A DNA stretch of 62,908 nucleotides, the filler included. It is 5 parts of 5 records of this genome, joined end to end, with 100 filler letters (N's around TTAATTAATTAA, not from the genome) between each part and the next. Parts side by side here need not be neighbours in the genome. Positions count along the whole stretch, not along the records: positions 37,435 to 50,888 come from SRR20825010_2511; positions 50,989 to 62,908 come from SRR20825010_2513; 3 more parts are not named here. One strand, written 5' to 3'. Positions within the stretch are counted from its first letter, which is position 1; each line of letters starts with the position of its first letter. Below the pieces are notes generated by a model. The model was not told the origin of the DNA. It did not search any database and worked only from the letters and a program-made list of their open reading frames with translations. Of the stretch, positions 50,789-59,937 are shown in pieces. A program made the position numbers and the translations under genes.

Positions 50789-50888
50789 ATGTCTACTACT
50801 ACCGGCACTGTTAAGTTCTTCAACGAAGCAAAAGGCTTTGGCTTTATCACTCGTGAAGGCGGCCCGGACGTATTCGTTCACTACAGCG
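50789..50888 (+). CDS. cspA: Cold-shock protein, truncated by contig end (absent from the ORF track)
   Basis: [33 protein letters not shown] contains RNP1 KGFGFI and RNP2 VFVH. Confidence 0.92.
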
Positions 50889-50988
50889 NNNNNNNNNNNN
50901 NNNNNNNNNNNNNNNNNNNNNNNNNNNNNNNNTTAATTAATTAANNNNNNNNNNNNNNNNNNNNNNNNNNNNNNNNNNNNNNNNNNNN
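50889..50988. other. Artificial contig linker
   Basis: N-TTAATTAATTAA-N spacer. Confidence 0.99.
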
Positions 50989-50989
50989 T

Positions 50990-52468
50990 TTTCTGTTTGT
51001 CCTTTTCGACGGTTTGCGCCGCGACATGGTGCGGCCCGATACCGCGCCGGCAATTCATGGCTTCCGCCAGTCCTGGACCGATTTTCCGAACAGCGCCTCG
51101 GTTTTTCCGGTGGAGACGCGGGTGCAGGTCTCCAGCTTCGTGACGGGGGCTTTCCCGGGGCCGGCCGCGCAGCATCCGGCGGGCGACGGCGTACGGCCGG
51201 GCCATGGCATCATGGGGAATACCTTTTACGATCCCGCGCTTGGCCTGGATGGCCCGATGGATACCTCGGACGATGCCAAAATGGCCGAGGCTGCACGCCG
51301 TTACGGACGGCTGCAGGGAGCCCGTAATACGGGGGAAATCCTGCATGAGGCAGGCCTGAAATACGGGGTCGTGACCACAGGCAAGATCGGCAATGCCCGT
51401 TTGCTCAACCTCAACGCAGCGGCACAGGACCAGCCGGTATTCTCGATCTGGGGGAGCGATATCTCCAGCCCGGCCGCCGATTTCGACGGTGTGGTCGCGC
51501 GGTACGGACCGGTGCCCGAACAGCAATTACCGAATGTGGCCGTGCAGAATTATGCCGCGACTGTGCTGCTCGAGGAATTCATCCCGAAGCATGATGCGGA
51601 CATCCAGGTGATCTGGTTCAATGAGCCGGATCTGAGCTTCCACTACAAGGAAATCGGCTCGCCTGACTCCCTGGCCGCGATCAAGGCTGTCGACGATGCG
51701 TTCCAGCGCATTCTTGACTGGTGGGAGGCAGAGGGCCGGGAGGACGGCTGGCAGATCATTGCGGCCTCCGACCATGGTCAGATCACGGCAACGGGGCAGA
51801 TAAACGTCGCCGAAGAACTCACCAAAGCCGGCTTCAGGGTCGGCAAGGTGATCGGCCCGGACGTGGATGTCGTGGTGAAGCGCAGCTATGCGGGCGGCAT
51901 CAGCATTCGGGATCGTGACCCGGCCATGACCGAGAAAGTGTTCCATTGGCTTATCGAGCAGGAGTGGTGCGGACTGGTGTTCAGCCGGGCTGACTTGCCG
52001 GGCGCGCTGCCGATGAGCGCGATTAACGTCGCGAACGAGCGTGCTCCGGATCTCTACATGGTTCTGCGGACCTCTGATGGCGCAAACGCGCACGGCTATC
52101 CGGGGCTTTGCTATGTCGATAACGGGGATATCCCGGATGGCGGCGGTATGCATGGCGGGCTGCACCAGCATGAGATCAACAATCTACTGACAGCCGGGGG
52201 CGACCTGTTCCGTCAGGATCACATCGTCGAGACACCGACCGGTCTGGTGGACATCTTGCCGACGATGCTGGCTGCTCTTGATGTCGAGGCGCCGGAAAGC
52301 ACCACCGGGCGTGTGCTTGCCGAGGCCTTCCGGATTGAGACACCGGCACCGTTCTGGAAGGAGATGCTGATCCGGGCAGAGCACGGCGGCTTTGCCCAGG
52401 AACTCCGTGTGGCGCAGATCGAAGGCGTCCCGAACCATTATCTGCGGGGCGGACGGCGCACCGCCTGA
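50990..52468 (+). CDS. Alkaline phosphatase superfamily protein (NPP/phosphonoacetate-hydrolase-like), 5' partial
   Basis: LFDGLR, FP.ET....SFVTG, HGIMGN, EPD..FH, SDHG, GMHG, DILPT. Confidence 0.85.
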   Translation, partial: FLFVLFDGLRRDMVRPDTAPAIHGFRQSWTDFPNSASVFPVETRVQVSSFVTGAFPGPAAQHPAGDGVRPGHGIMGNTFYDPALGLDGPMDTSDDAKMAEAARRYGRLQGARNTGEILHEAGLKYGVVTTGKIGNARLLNLNAAAQDQPVFSIWGSDISSPAADFDGVVARYGPVPEQQLPNVAVQNYAATVLLEEFIPKHDADIQVIWFNEPDLSFHYKEIGSPDSLAAIKAVDDAFQRILDWWEAEGREDGWQIIAASDHGQITATGQINVAEELTKAGFRVGKVIGPDVDVVVKRSYAGGISIRDRDPAMTEKVFHWLIEQEWCGLVFSRADLPGALPMSAINVANERAPDLYMVLRTSDGANAHGYPGLCYVDNGDIPDGGGMHGGLHQHEINNLLTAGGDLFRQDHIVETPTGLVDILPTMLAALDVEAPESTTGRVLAEAFRIETPAPFWKEMLIRAEHGGFAQELRVAQIEGVPNHYLRGGRRTA

Positions 52469-52470
52469 TA

Positions 52471-53865
52471 TCAGGCGGTGGCGCCGCTCTGGCGGATGGC
52501 CCGGTGCATCAGCAGCTCGAAACGCAGGATCAGGGCAAAACAGGCGGCGGTCAGGCCGACCGCCAACCCCATCCAGACCCCGGCGCCCTGCAATCCGTAG
52601 CTGAAGGCAAGATAGGCGCCGGCCGAAAAGCCGAGCACCCAGTAGCCGATGAAGGCCAGGATCGCCGGGATCGTGGTGTCTTTCAGGCCGCGCAGGTTTC
52701 CGGCGCCCACGGCCTGTCCCGCATCGACAATCTGAAACACCGCGGCAATCCGGATGAAGTCGACGGCGAAGGCGATGGCGACGGCATTTTCCGGATCATC
52801 AAGCCGGAGGTAGAAGCCGACAATGGGCTCGGTCGCGAACCAGAAGACAAGCGCGGTCAGCGTGGCGATGCCGACGCCGACGAAGGTTGAGATCCGGCCA
52901 GCCAGCAGGGCATCAGCAAGCCGGCTCCGTCCCATGGCAAGCCCAACCCGGATGGTCGCGGCCTGGCAGACCCCGAGCGGCACCATGAAGGCGATCGAGG
53001 TACACTGGATCGCCACGGCATGTGCCGCTAGCTGGTCCGGTCCGAAAAGACCGACCATGAAAGCGCTGGCGGCAAACAGGCCTGCTTCGGCGAGTACGGT
53101 CAGGCCGATCGGAATGCCGATCTTCATGATCTCGACATAGCGTGCCCAGTCCGGGCGCCAGAACCTGCCGAACAGGTTGTAACGGCGGAACTGCCGGTCG
53201 GTGACCACGAACAGGGTCTGTGCGAGCAGCATGAAGGCCTGCACGATGACGGTTGCCACCGCAGCGCCTTCCAGGCCGAGGGCCGGAGCGCCGAAATTTC
53301 CGAAAATCAGCGCGTAATCGGCGACGGCGTTCACGCCGATGGCGATCAGCAGGATGATCATGGACGAGCGCGGCCGGGAATGGGCGGTGACCAGATTGCG
53401 CAGCACCGTGAAGCACATCAGCGGCAGCAGACCCCATTTCGCCCAATCGACATAGCCTATAGCCATTGCGGCAAGCCTGGGGTCCTGACCGGTGAGCAGC
53501 ATGATGCGCTCTCCGTTCCAGAGAAAGATCAGGCAGGGAATGCAGAGCGTGATCGCGACCCAGAAGCCCTGGCGCAGGGTTCGGCGCACACCGCGCAGCC
53601 TGATGGCGCCGATCTCGTGACTGAACATGGCGGCGGTCGCGGCCAGCAGGCCGATCCCGAAGAATGTCAGGGGGAAGATCAGGGAGGTTGCGAGGGTCGC
53701 AGCCGCCAGCTCATCCGGGCCGAGCCAGCCGATCATGATCACATCGACGGTATTCAGGGCGATCGTGGCGAGCTGGGTCAGGACCAGAGGCCAGGCCAGC
53801 TTCAGGGTGGCGGCCAGCTCATGGCGCCAGGGAATGGAGGCAGATCGGGAGTGAGGAACAGACAT
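52471..53865 (-). CDS. MATE family efflux transporter (NorM-like)
   Basis: KLAWPLVLTQ, VDVIMIG.LG, GAAVAT, IGIPIG, AAHAVA, FQIVDA, LRGLKDT. Confidence 0.92.
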   Translation of the reverse strand: MSVPHSRSASIPWRHELAATLKLAWPLVLTQLATIALNTVDVIMIGWLGPDELAAATLATSLIFPLTFFGIGLLAATAAMFSHEIGAIRLRGVRRTLRQGFWVAITLCIPCLIFLWNGERIMLLTGQDPRLAAMAIGYVDWAKWGLLPLMCFTVLRNLVTAHSRPRSSMIILLIAIGVNAVADYALIFGNFGAPALGLEGAAVATVIVQAFMLLAQTLFVVTDRQFRRYNLFGRFWRPDWARYVEIMKIGIPIGLTVLAEAGLFAASAFMVGLFGPDQLAAHAVAIQCTSIAFMVPLGVCQAATIRVGLAMGRSRLADALLAGRISTFVGVGIATLTALVFWFATEPIVGFYLRLDDPENAVAIAFAVDFIRIAAVFQIVDAGQAVGAGNLRGLKDTTIPAILAFIGYWVLGFSAGAYLAFSYGLQGAGVWMGLAVGLTAACFALILRFELLMHRAIRQSGATA

Positions 53866-53925
53866 GAAAACAGCTCAGGCTCAAAAGGAAGCAAAAATGG
53901 ATGACGGCGCGGGCTGGAGGGCCAG

Positions 53926-53970
53926 CTACGCGGTCATTCGTTCCGTTAGAGCCTGCAAGTGCGTTTCCAT
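53926..53970 (-). CDS. Putative leaderless leader peptide METHLQALTERMTA upstream of the MATE gene
   Basis: ATG lies 7 nt after the -10 of TTGACC-N17-TAAAGA. The ORF overlaps the 5' arm of a long hairpin. Confidence 0.45.
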   Translation of the reverse strand: METHLQALTERMTA

Positions 53971-54035
53971 GAGATGTCTTTAGCCGTCATGGGTGAAGGG
54001 GTCAAGGCGAACCCGTGTAGGTTCGCCAAGCGCCA

Positions 54036-54968
54036 TTATTTGTTGAGAAAATTCAATGGCAAACCGGGGCGGGGCCACTCCACCGCAGCCAGCTGTCCGG
54101 CCCATGAAAGCGTGAGATACGCGGTTTTCAGATCAGGTCCGCCAAAACAGATGTTGGTTGTATAGGGATCGCCGGTCTCGAAAAATTCGACTGTGCCGCC
54201 ATCCGGATGGGCAACGGTGATACCGCCGGTCATCAGGGTGGCGACACAGATATTGCCGTTGGCCTCTACCGCCAGTGAGTCGAAACGCCGCCATCCGGCC
54301 TCGGCATTGACCAGGACACCTCCGTTTATCGATGGCGGGAAGCCTACCTTGGAAACTTCCCCTTCGCCTGTAATCGGATAGGACCAGAGCCGACCGCTTT
54401 CCGTCTCGGCGACATAGAGCGTTTTCTCGTCCGGGCTAAGACCGATCCCGTTCGGGGTCATGAAGGGCTGGATGACTTCCTTGATCAGACTGCCGTCCGT
54501 TTTCGCGTAATAGATGGCGCCGCGATCCATGTCCCGGGCACGGACCTTGCCGAGATCGGTGAACCAGAAACCGCCGCTCCGGTCGAACACGATGTCGTTC
54601 GGGCCTTTCAGCTGGTGACCGCCGCAGCTCTCGTAAAGCCGCTCTACCTTGCCGGTTTTCAGATCGATCCGCTCAATGCGTCCGGTCTTGTAATCCGCCG
54701 ATTGCGCGATTGGCCGCATGTTTCCGGTCTGGGCTCCGCGCTCGAAGGCGAAGCCGCCATTGTTGCAGACATAGCAGAGACCGTCCGGCCCGATGGCCGC
54801 GCCGTTCGGTCCGCCGCCCGGCTCTGCCACGATTTCCTTTGTGCCGTCCGGAAAGACGCGCGTGAGAGTGCCCCGCCCGATTTCGACAAGCACCACGGAG
54901 CCGTCCGGCATGGCTATCGGCCCTTCCGGAAACATCAATCCGTCAGTGATGACCCTGATTTTTGACAC
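54036..54968 (-). CDS. SMP-30/gluconolactonase family protein
   Basis: FPEGP, GGPNG, GPNDIVFD, PNGIGLSPD, FDSLAV, TTNICFGGPD. Confidence 0.9.
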   Translation of the reverse strand: MSKIRVITDGLMFPEGPIAMPDGSVVLVEIGRGTLTRVFPDGTKEIVAEPGGGPNGAAIGPDGLCYVCNNGGFAFERGAQTGNMRPIAQSADYKTGRIERIDLKTGKVERLYESCGGHQLKGPNDIVFDRSGGFWFTDLGKVRARDMDRGAIYYAKTDGSLIKEVIQPFMTPNGIGLSPDEKTLYVAETESGRLWSYPITGEGEVSKVGFPPSINGGVLVNAEAGWRRFDSLAVEANGNICVATLMTGGITVAHPDGGTVEFFETGDPYTTNICFGGPDLKTAYLTLSWAGQLAAVEWPRPGLPLNFLNK

Positions 54969-55075
54969 GTGTACTTCCTTCCCCAACACTTGTTATGGTT
55001 TTGGAAGGGAGTATCTGTCAGTGCCGACGGGCCTTGCAATCAGGCAAATACACTTCTTCCGACAGGAACCAGATC

Positions 55076-55687
55076 ATGACACTGGAAACCGCGTTCGCTT
55101 TTGCGCTTGGCATGGTCATCCTGATGCTGACACCCGGGCCATCCATGCTGACGACCATTGCCAAATCTCTCGCCTCTGGGTTCTGGACGGGGTTCCAGTA
55201 CAATCTCGGTGTCTGTATCGGGGATCTGATCTTCCTGATGCTGGCGATCTTCGGGCTGCAGATCATTGCCGAGTTGCTTGGCGATATATTCATCGTCGTG
55301 AAATTCGTCGGGGCGGCCTATCTGCTTTGGCTCGGCACGAAATTGTGGCTGGCCAAACCGGAGCCCCTGGATGCCCGGCCGCAGGTCTCGAAAGGCATGT
55401 TCCGGGAGATTATGGCGGGCATCCTGATCACGCTGGGGAACCCGAAAGTGATCCTGTTTTACGGAGCGCTGTTGCCGACCTTTGTCGACCTTGAGTTGCT
55501 GACCGCACCGGATATCACCATCCTTGCCGCCATCGTCGTCTCGGCGGTTCTGGTAGTGAATAATTTTTACGGGTTCATGGCCGCCAGGGCGCGCAGGATC
55601 TTCCGCTCAGGCAGGGCGGTGAAGGTGCTGAACAGAAGCGCGGGAAGCGCGATGATCGGCGCCGGACTTTATATCGTCACCCGCTGA
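55076..55687 (+). CDS. LysE/RhtB family exporter
   Basis: TPGPS, KFVGAAYLLWLG, LGNPKVILFY. Confidence 0.9.
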   Translation: MTLETAFAFALGMVILMLTPGPSMLTTIAKSLASGFWTGFQYNLGVCIGDLIFLMLAIFGLQIIAELLGDIFIVVKFVGAAYLLWLGTKLWLAKPEPLDARPQVSKGMFREIMAGILITLGNPKVILFYGALLPTFVDLELLTAPDITILAAIVVSAVLVVNNFYGFMAARARRIFRSGRAVKVLNRSAGSAMIGAGLYIVTR

Positions 55688-57145
55688 AGGATCGGTGTCC
55701 GGTGTTTCCGTCACGCGTGACGGCGGCAGAAGGAACGATACGGCCGAACCTCCTGCTGGCGGATTCGTGATTTCGAGTGTGCCGCCATGCATTTCCGCCA
55801 GGATTTTGCAGATAGGCAGGCTGAGCCCGGTACCGTGGAACCGGCGTTCATCAAGCTCATGGGACACGGCAAGGGGAATGAGCAGACGCTCGATTTCCGC
55901 TTCGGGAATCGTGTTGCCGCTATCGTGTACCGTGAAGGACGCGGTGCCTCCCGGGGAGACGGCGAAGGTCAACTCCACCCGTCCGTCTTCGGGGGTGTGG
56001 CTGAGTGCGTTCTCCAGCAGCTTGGAGAGCAGCGTGCCGGTCAGTTGTGCATCGAGATTGAGCACATAGCCGGGCGTCGGATGATTGACTATCAGACGAA
56101 CGCCCTTGTTGCGCGACAGGGACGCAGCGGTATCTTCCGCGCGCCGCAAAATCATCTCGACCTTGACCGGGGCAAAAACAGGTTCGACTTCGCCGCCTTC
56201 CAGCCGGGTCAGGTCCAGAACGTTCTCGATCAGATACAGCAGATGCCGCGCCGCCTGGTTGATGTTACCGGCATAGCTGAGATAGCGGTGGATCGTATCC
56301 GGGCCGAACCGCTGGCTGCTGACAATCTCCGAAAATCCCACGATTGAGTTCAAAGGGGTACGGAGTTCTTCGATCACGCGACCGACGAAATCTGATTTGG
56401 ACTGGTGCGCGCGTTCGGCCTTGAGGCGCAGCCGGGTCAAATCGCTTTCCGTTTTCGTCTGCCGCAATTGCAGGGAATTATAGGCGGAAACAACCTGACC
56501 GATCTGATCCCTGCTATCCCAGTCGATCGGAATACGCGCGCCACTCTCCCGCTGGATGCGGATGGCTGTCAGCATCTTGTCGAGCGGTTGGCTTACCGTT
56601 GTCCGTAATACGAGATGCGCGGCGACGGAAGCCGCGGCAAGCAGGGCGGCGCCAAGCAGGGTGATGCAGAACAGGGTATATGTCAGCCGTTCTATGGCCG
56701 GCTCTTCACTCATGCTGATGATGAGGGTGCCGACCCTGTTGTAGCTGTTTTCACCTATATGGTTGATGGCGACAGTGCGGGTCAGGGAGCCCTTGGGATC
56801 AGGCATCTGGCCATACTGGTTCAGCGGGGCGCCAGTATTGTCGAGCACCGCGATGGTGGCGACATCCCGGTCTGCAATGGTCTGTGCGACAAGCAGCCCG
56901 ATCCGGTCGTTCCGGCCTTCCGCGACGGCTTCGCCCATCAGCAGGGATTGCCGGGAAATCAGGGTGTCGAGCTTGGACTCGAGGCTGCTGAGTGCTTCCC
57001 GGTAAGCGACCGTGCCGTAGATGGAAATCAGGATTGTGAAAATCACCAGGATGATCGGCACAAAGCGCGTGAGATAGCGCGCACTGATCGATGTCAGGCG
57101 AACGCTTTCCAGAGTACGGTGCTGATGGGAGGGCGGATTACTCAT
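55607..57145 (-). CDS. Membrane sensor kinase-like protein (TM-periplasmic-TM-HAMP-HisKA-HATPase) lacking the phosphoacceptor His
   Basis: H-box reads KSDFVGRVIEELRTPLNSI. N-box LLENAL, G1 DSGNT, G2 GTGLSL. Confidence 0.85.
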   Translation of the reverse strand: MSNPPSHQHRTLESVRLTSISARYLTRFVPIILVIFTILISIYGTVAYREALSSLESKLDTLISRQSLLMGEAVAEGRNDRIGLLVAQTIADRDVATIAVLDNTGAPLNQYGQMPDPKGSLTRTVAINHIGENSYNRVGTLIISMSEEPAIERLTYTLFCITLLGAALLAAASVAAHLVLRTTVSQPLDKMLTAIRIQRESGARIPIDWDSRDQIGQVVSAYNSLQLRQTKTESDLTRLRLKAERAHQSKSDFVGRVIEELRTPLNSIVGFSEIVSSQRFGPDTIHRYLSYAGNINQAARHLLYLIENVLDLTRLEGGEVEPVFAPVKVEMILRRAEDTAASLSRNKGVRLIVNHPTPGYVLNLDAQLTGTLLSKLLENALSHTPEDGRVELTFAVSPGGTASFTVHDSGNTIPEAEIERLLIPLAVSHELDERRFHGTGLSLPICKILAEMHGGTLEITNPPAGGSAVSFLLPPSRVTETPDTDPSAGDDIKSGADHRASRASVQHLHRPA

Positions 57146-57647
57146 TCAGGGCTGCCGCCGGGATCGGCTTGATGACGGGCCATGTGCGGTCGGCAATCGC
57201 GATGTTCTTGTCCAGCTCCGATTTCCACAAGGTCTGTGTGGCCCTGTCCAGCTGCAGATAGAGTTTGCCCTCGACGACCATGAAGACTTCCGGATCACCG
57301 TCGAACTTCTGGCCAACGGCAACGCCGTAAGCACAAAAACCGCCATAGTTAGCCTCATAGAGCCGCGGCTCCTGAAGAAATTCCTCGCGATGGGCCTCGC
57401 TGGCGAAATAGTAGGTGGCACCGCCATGCTCGGCAGAAATACCGGATTTTCCGCGCTCCGCCTGATTGTTCGAAAAATAGGACACGGGATCGTAACCGCG
57501 CAAAGCGAGGCCGTTATCGTCCAGGTTTTGATCGGGAGAGGCGCCGAACGCCTGTGCGCAACAGAACAGGGCCGCGAAGACAAATGCGGCTATGAACGGC
57601 GCAATTCGAGGGTTTCGGCGGGTTATGCTCTGGCTTCGATACATCAT
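57138..57647 (-). CDS. Secreted YHS-domain protein (Cys form of the YHS (seleno)protein family)
   Basis: Signal peptide, then GYDPVSYF, YYFASE, YGGFCAYG, DP....VEGKLYL. 8-bp overlap with the kinase-like gene. Confidence 0.85.
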   Translation of the reverse strand: MMYRSQSITRRNPRIAPFIAAFVFAALFCCAQAFGASPDQNLDDNGLALRGYDPVSYFSNNQAERGKSGISAEHGGATYYFASEAHREEFLQEPRLYEANYGGFCAYGVAVGQKFDGDPEVFMVVEGKLYLQLDRATQTLWKSELDKNIAIADRTWPVIKPIPAAALNE

Positions 57648-57835
57648 TGGGGCTCGCGAATTATTATCAAAATCAGTATCCGGAAAATGTCTTACCAATT
57701 CCTAAACATTTGTTCCGTCTCCGGGTTACGGAACAGGATTTGTTCCGACACGGCGGCTGGTACGTGTCGTCGAATTGGCTAGGATGCCCTCGAAATGCTA
57801 ATGCGTCGTAAATGACACTCAACAGGAGCAAAAAA

Positions 57836-58774
57836 ATGGCAAGGCCGACACGGGTGGAAATTACTGAGGTCGGACCGCGGGACGGGCTTCAGGCAGAGCC
57901 GAAATTTGTTCCGACGGAACTGAAGATCAAGCTGATCAACGATCTGGTGGATGCCGGCGTCAAGCGCATGGAGTTTTCTTCCTTCGTCTCGCCGCGCGCC
58001 GTGCCGCAGCTGGCGGACGTGCTTGATGTCCTGAATGGCGTCGACCGGTCCAAGGGCGCTGTGATGGCCGCTCTGGTGCCGAACGTGAAGGGTGCGATCC
58101 GTGCCGCCGAGGCCGGTGTCGACGAGATGATCGTCTTCGTCTCCGCCTCAGAGAGCCACAATAAGAAGAACGTGAACCGGACGGTTGACGAGTCGCTAGC
58201 CGGTTTCGCACAGGTGGCCAAGATCGCCGAGGAAGCGAAGATCCCGGTCTCCGCCGCGATTGCGACCTCTTTCGGATGTCCGTTCGAGGGGAACGTCCCG
58301 GCCGAACGGCTTGGCTATGTGGCCAAGCATTTCGTCGATTTCGGCTTCAAGAGCGTTGCGCTCGGCGATACCACCGGTATGGCGACACCTCCTTTGGTGA
58401 CCCGCAACGTGCGTTATCTGAAAGAGCATGTGCCGAGCCTGCCGATCCACCTGCATTTCCACAACACGCGCGGCATTGGTCTGGTGAATGTGGTTGCCGG
58501 TCTTGATGAGGGTGTCACCCATTTCGACAGCTCCTTTGGCGGCGCTGGTGGGTGCCCGTTCGCACCGAAGGCGACCGGAAACATCTGTACCGAAGATCTG
58601 GTCTATCTGATGAACGAGATGGGGATCGAAACCGGTATCGATCTCGGCAAGCTGATGAAGATCGCCAGCATTGTGGAAGAAGCGCTGGAGCATCCGCTGC
58701 CGGGGCAGGTGATGAAGGCCGGGCCGAGGCTCGACCTGCATGACATGGGGGATGTGCAGACGGCGGTGGGCTGA
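57836..58774 (+). CDS. HMG-CoA lyase family protein
   Basis: EVGPRDGLQ, SFVSPRAVPQL, FGCPFEG, LGDTTG, LHFHNTRG, GGCPFAPKATGNICTEDL. Confidence 0.92.
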   Translation: MARPTRVEITEVGPRDGLQAEPKFVPTELKIKLINDLVDAGVKRMEFSSFVSPRAVPQLADVLDVLNGVDRSKGAVMAALVPNVKGAIRAAEAGVDEMIVFVSASESHNKKNVNRTVDESLAGFAQVAKIAEEAKIPVSAAIATSFGCPFEGNVPAERLGYVAKHFVDFGFKSVALGDTTGMATPPLVTRNVRYLKEHVPSLPIHLHFHNTRGIGLVNVVAGLDEGVTHFDSSFGGAGGCPFAPKATGNICTEDLVYLMNEMGIETGIDLGKLMKIASIVEEALEHPLPGQVMKAGPRLDLHDMGDVQTAVG

Positions 58775-58778
58775 TCCC

Positions 58779-59930
58779 ATGCCGCTTTCCGACATCAGGG
58801 TTATCGATCTGACGCGCATTCTTGCCGGGCCGTTCTGCACGCAGATGCTGGCGGATATGGGCGCGGACGTTATCAAGGTCGAACCGCCCGCAGGCGATCC
58901 GGTGCGCGGTCAGGGGATAGTCCGCAACGGGGTGAGCTGGTATTTCGCCCAGTTCAACCGGAACAAAAAGTCCGTGGTTCTCGATCTCTATAAGGACGAG
59001 GGGAAAGAGACCCTCGCCCGGCTGATCGAGGGCGCTGACGTGCTGGTGGAAAATTACCGGCCGGGTGTGCTGGACAAGATGGGGTTCGATCAGGCGCGTC
59101 TCGATGCGCTGAACCCCGATCTGGTCGTCACCAGCGTCAATGGCTACGGCTCCACGGGACCTTATGTCGACCGGCCGTCCTTTGACTTCATCGCCCAGGC
59201 CATGAGCGGGTTCATGAGTGTGAACGGCGCGGATGGCGGCGATCCTATGCGGGCCGCACCGCCGATGAGCGACCTGATCGCGGGCCTCTATGCCGCGTTC
59301 GGCACGCTTGCCGCACTGCATGCCCGGAAGAGGATCGGCAAGGGACAGCGGGTGGAATCCTCCCTTACCGGCGGTCTGATCAGCATGCTGGGGTATCTCT
59401 CGGCGGAATATTTCGCCACCGGGGAAGTGCCGAAGCGAACCGGAAACGATCATCCGATCGTTGCCCCCTACGGCCTGTTCACCGCGTCCGATGGCCAGGT
59501 CGCCGTGGCCCCGTCGAACGATGCGTTCGTCGTCCGGTTTCTTGAGTGCATCGGGCTCGGAAACTTGCTGGAGCAGCCGGATTACGCGACGAACGAGCGC
59601 CGGGTGCGGAACCGTCCAGCCCTGAACGAGCATATCAATGCGCGGATGTCGGAAGAGCCGGTTGATCACTGGATCGAGGCGATCAACAAGGCTGGCTGTC
59701 CGTGCGGCCGGGTGATGGACCTGCAGGAGGTGTTCACCGACCCGCAGGTGCTGGCACAGGATCTGGTCTTGGATGTGCCGCAGCCGGATGGTACGACCAT
59801 CCGCATGACCGGGTTCCCGGTCAAACTCTCGGACACACCGGCACAGCTACGTCATCCTGTCCCGTCTCTTGGCGGGGATACGGATCAGGTGCTGGCGTCG
59901 CTGAGACCATCGGTCAAGAAAACAGGATAA
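58779..59930 (+). CDS. CaiB/BaiF (family III) CoA-transferase
   Basis: DLTRILAGP, GADVIKVE, NRNKKS, DVLVENYRPG, catalytic D in PMSD. Confidence 0.92.
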   Translation: MPLSDIRVIDLTRILAGPFCTQMLADMGADVIKVEPPAGDPVRGQGIVRNGVSWYFAQFNRNKKSVVLDLYKDEGKETLARLIEGADVLVENYRPGVLDKMGFDQARLDALNPDLVVTSVNGYGSTGPYVDRPSFDFIAQAMSGFMSVNGADGGDPMRAAPPMSDLIAGLYAAFGTLAALHARKRIGKGQRVESSLTGGLISMLGYLSAEYFATGEVPKRTGNDHPIVAPYGLFTASDGQVAVAPSNDAFVVRFLECIGLGNLLEQPDYATNERRVRNRPALNEHINARMSEEPVDHWIEAINKAGCPCGRVMDLQEVFTDPQVLAQDLVLDVPQPDGTTIRMTGFPVKLSDTPAQLRHPVPSLGGDTDQVLASLRPSVKKTG

Positions 59931-59937
59931 ATCAGGC

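Noticed and set aside
57325-57345. Selenocysteine in the YHS protein
   Set aside because: The position is a TGT Cys codon with no in-frame TGA. mnmH is on a different contig and unrelated.
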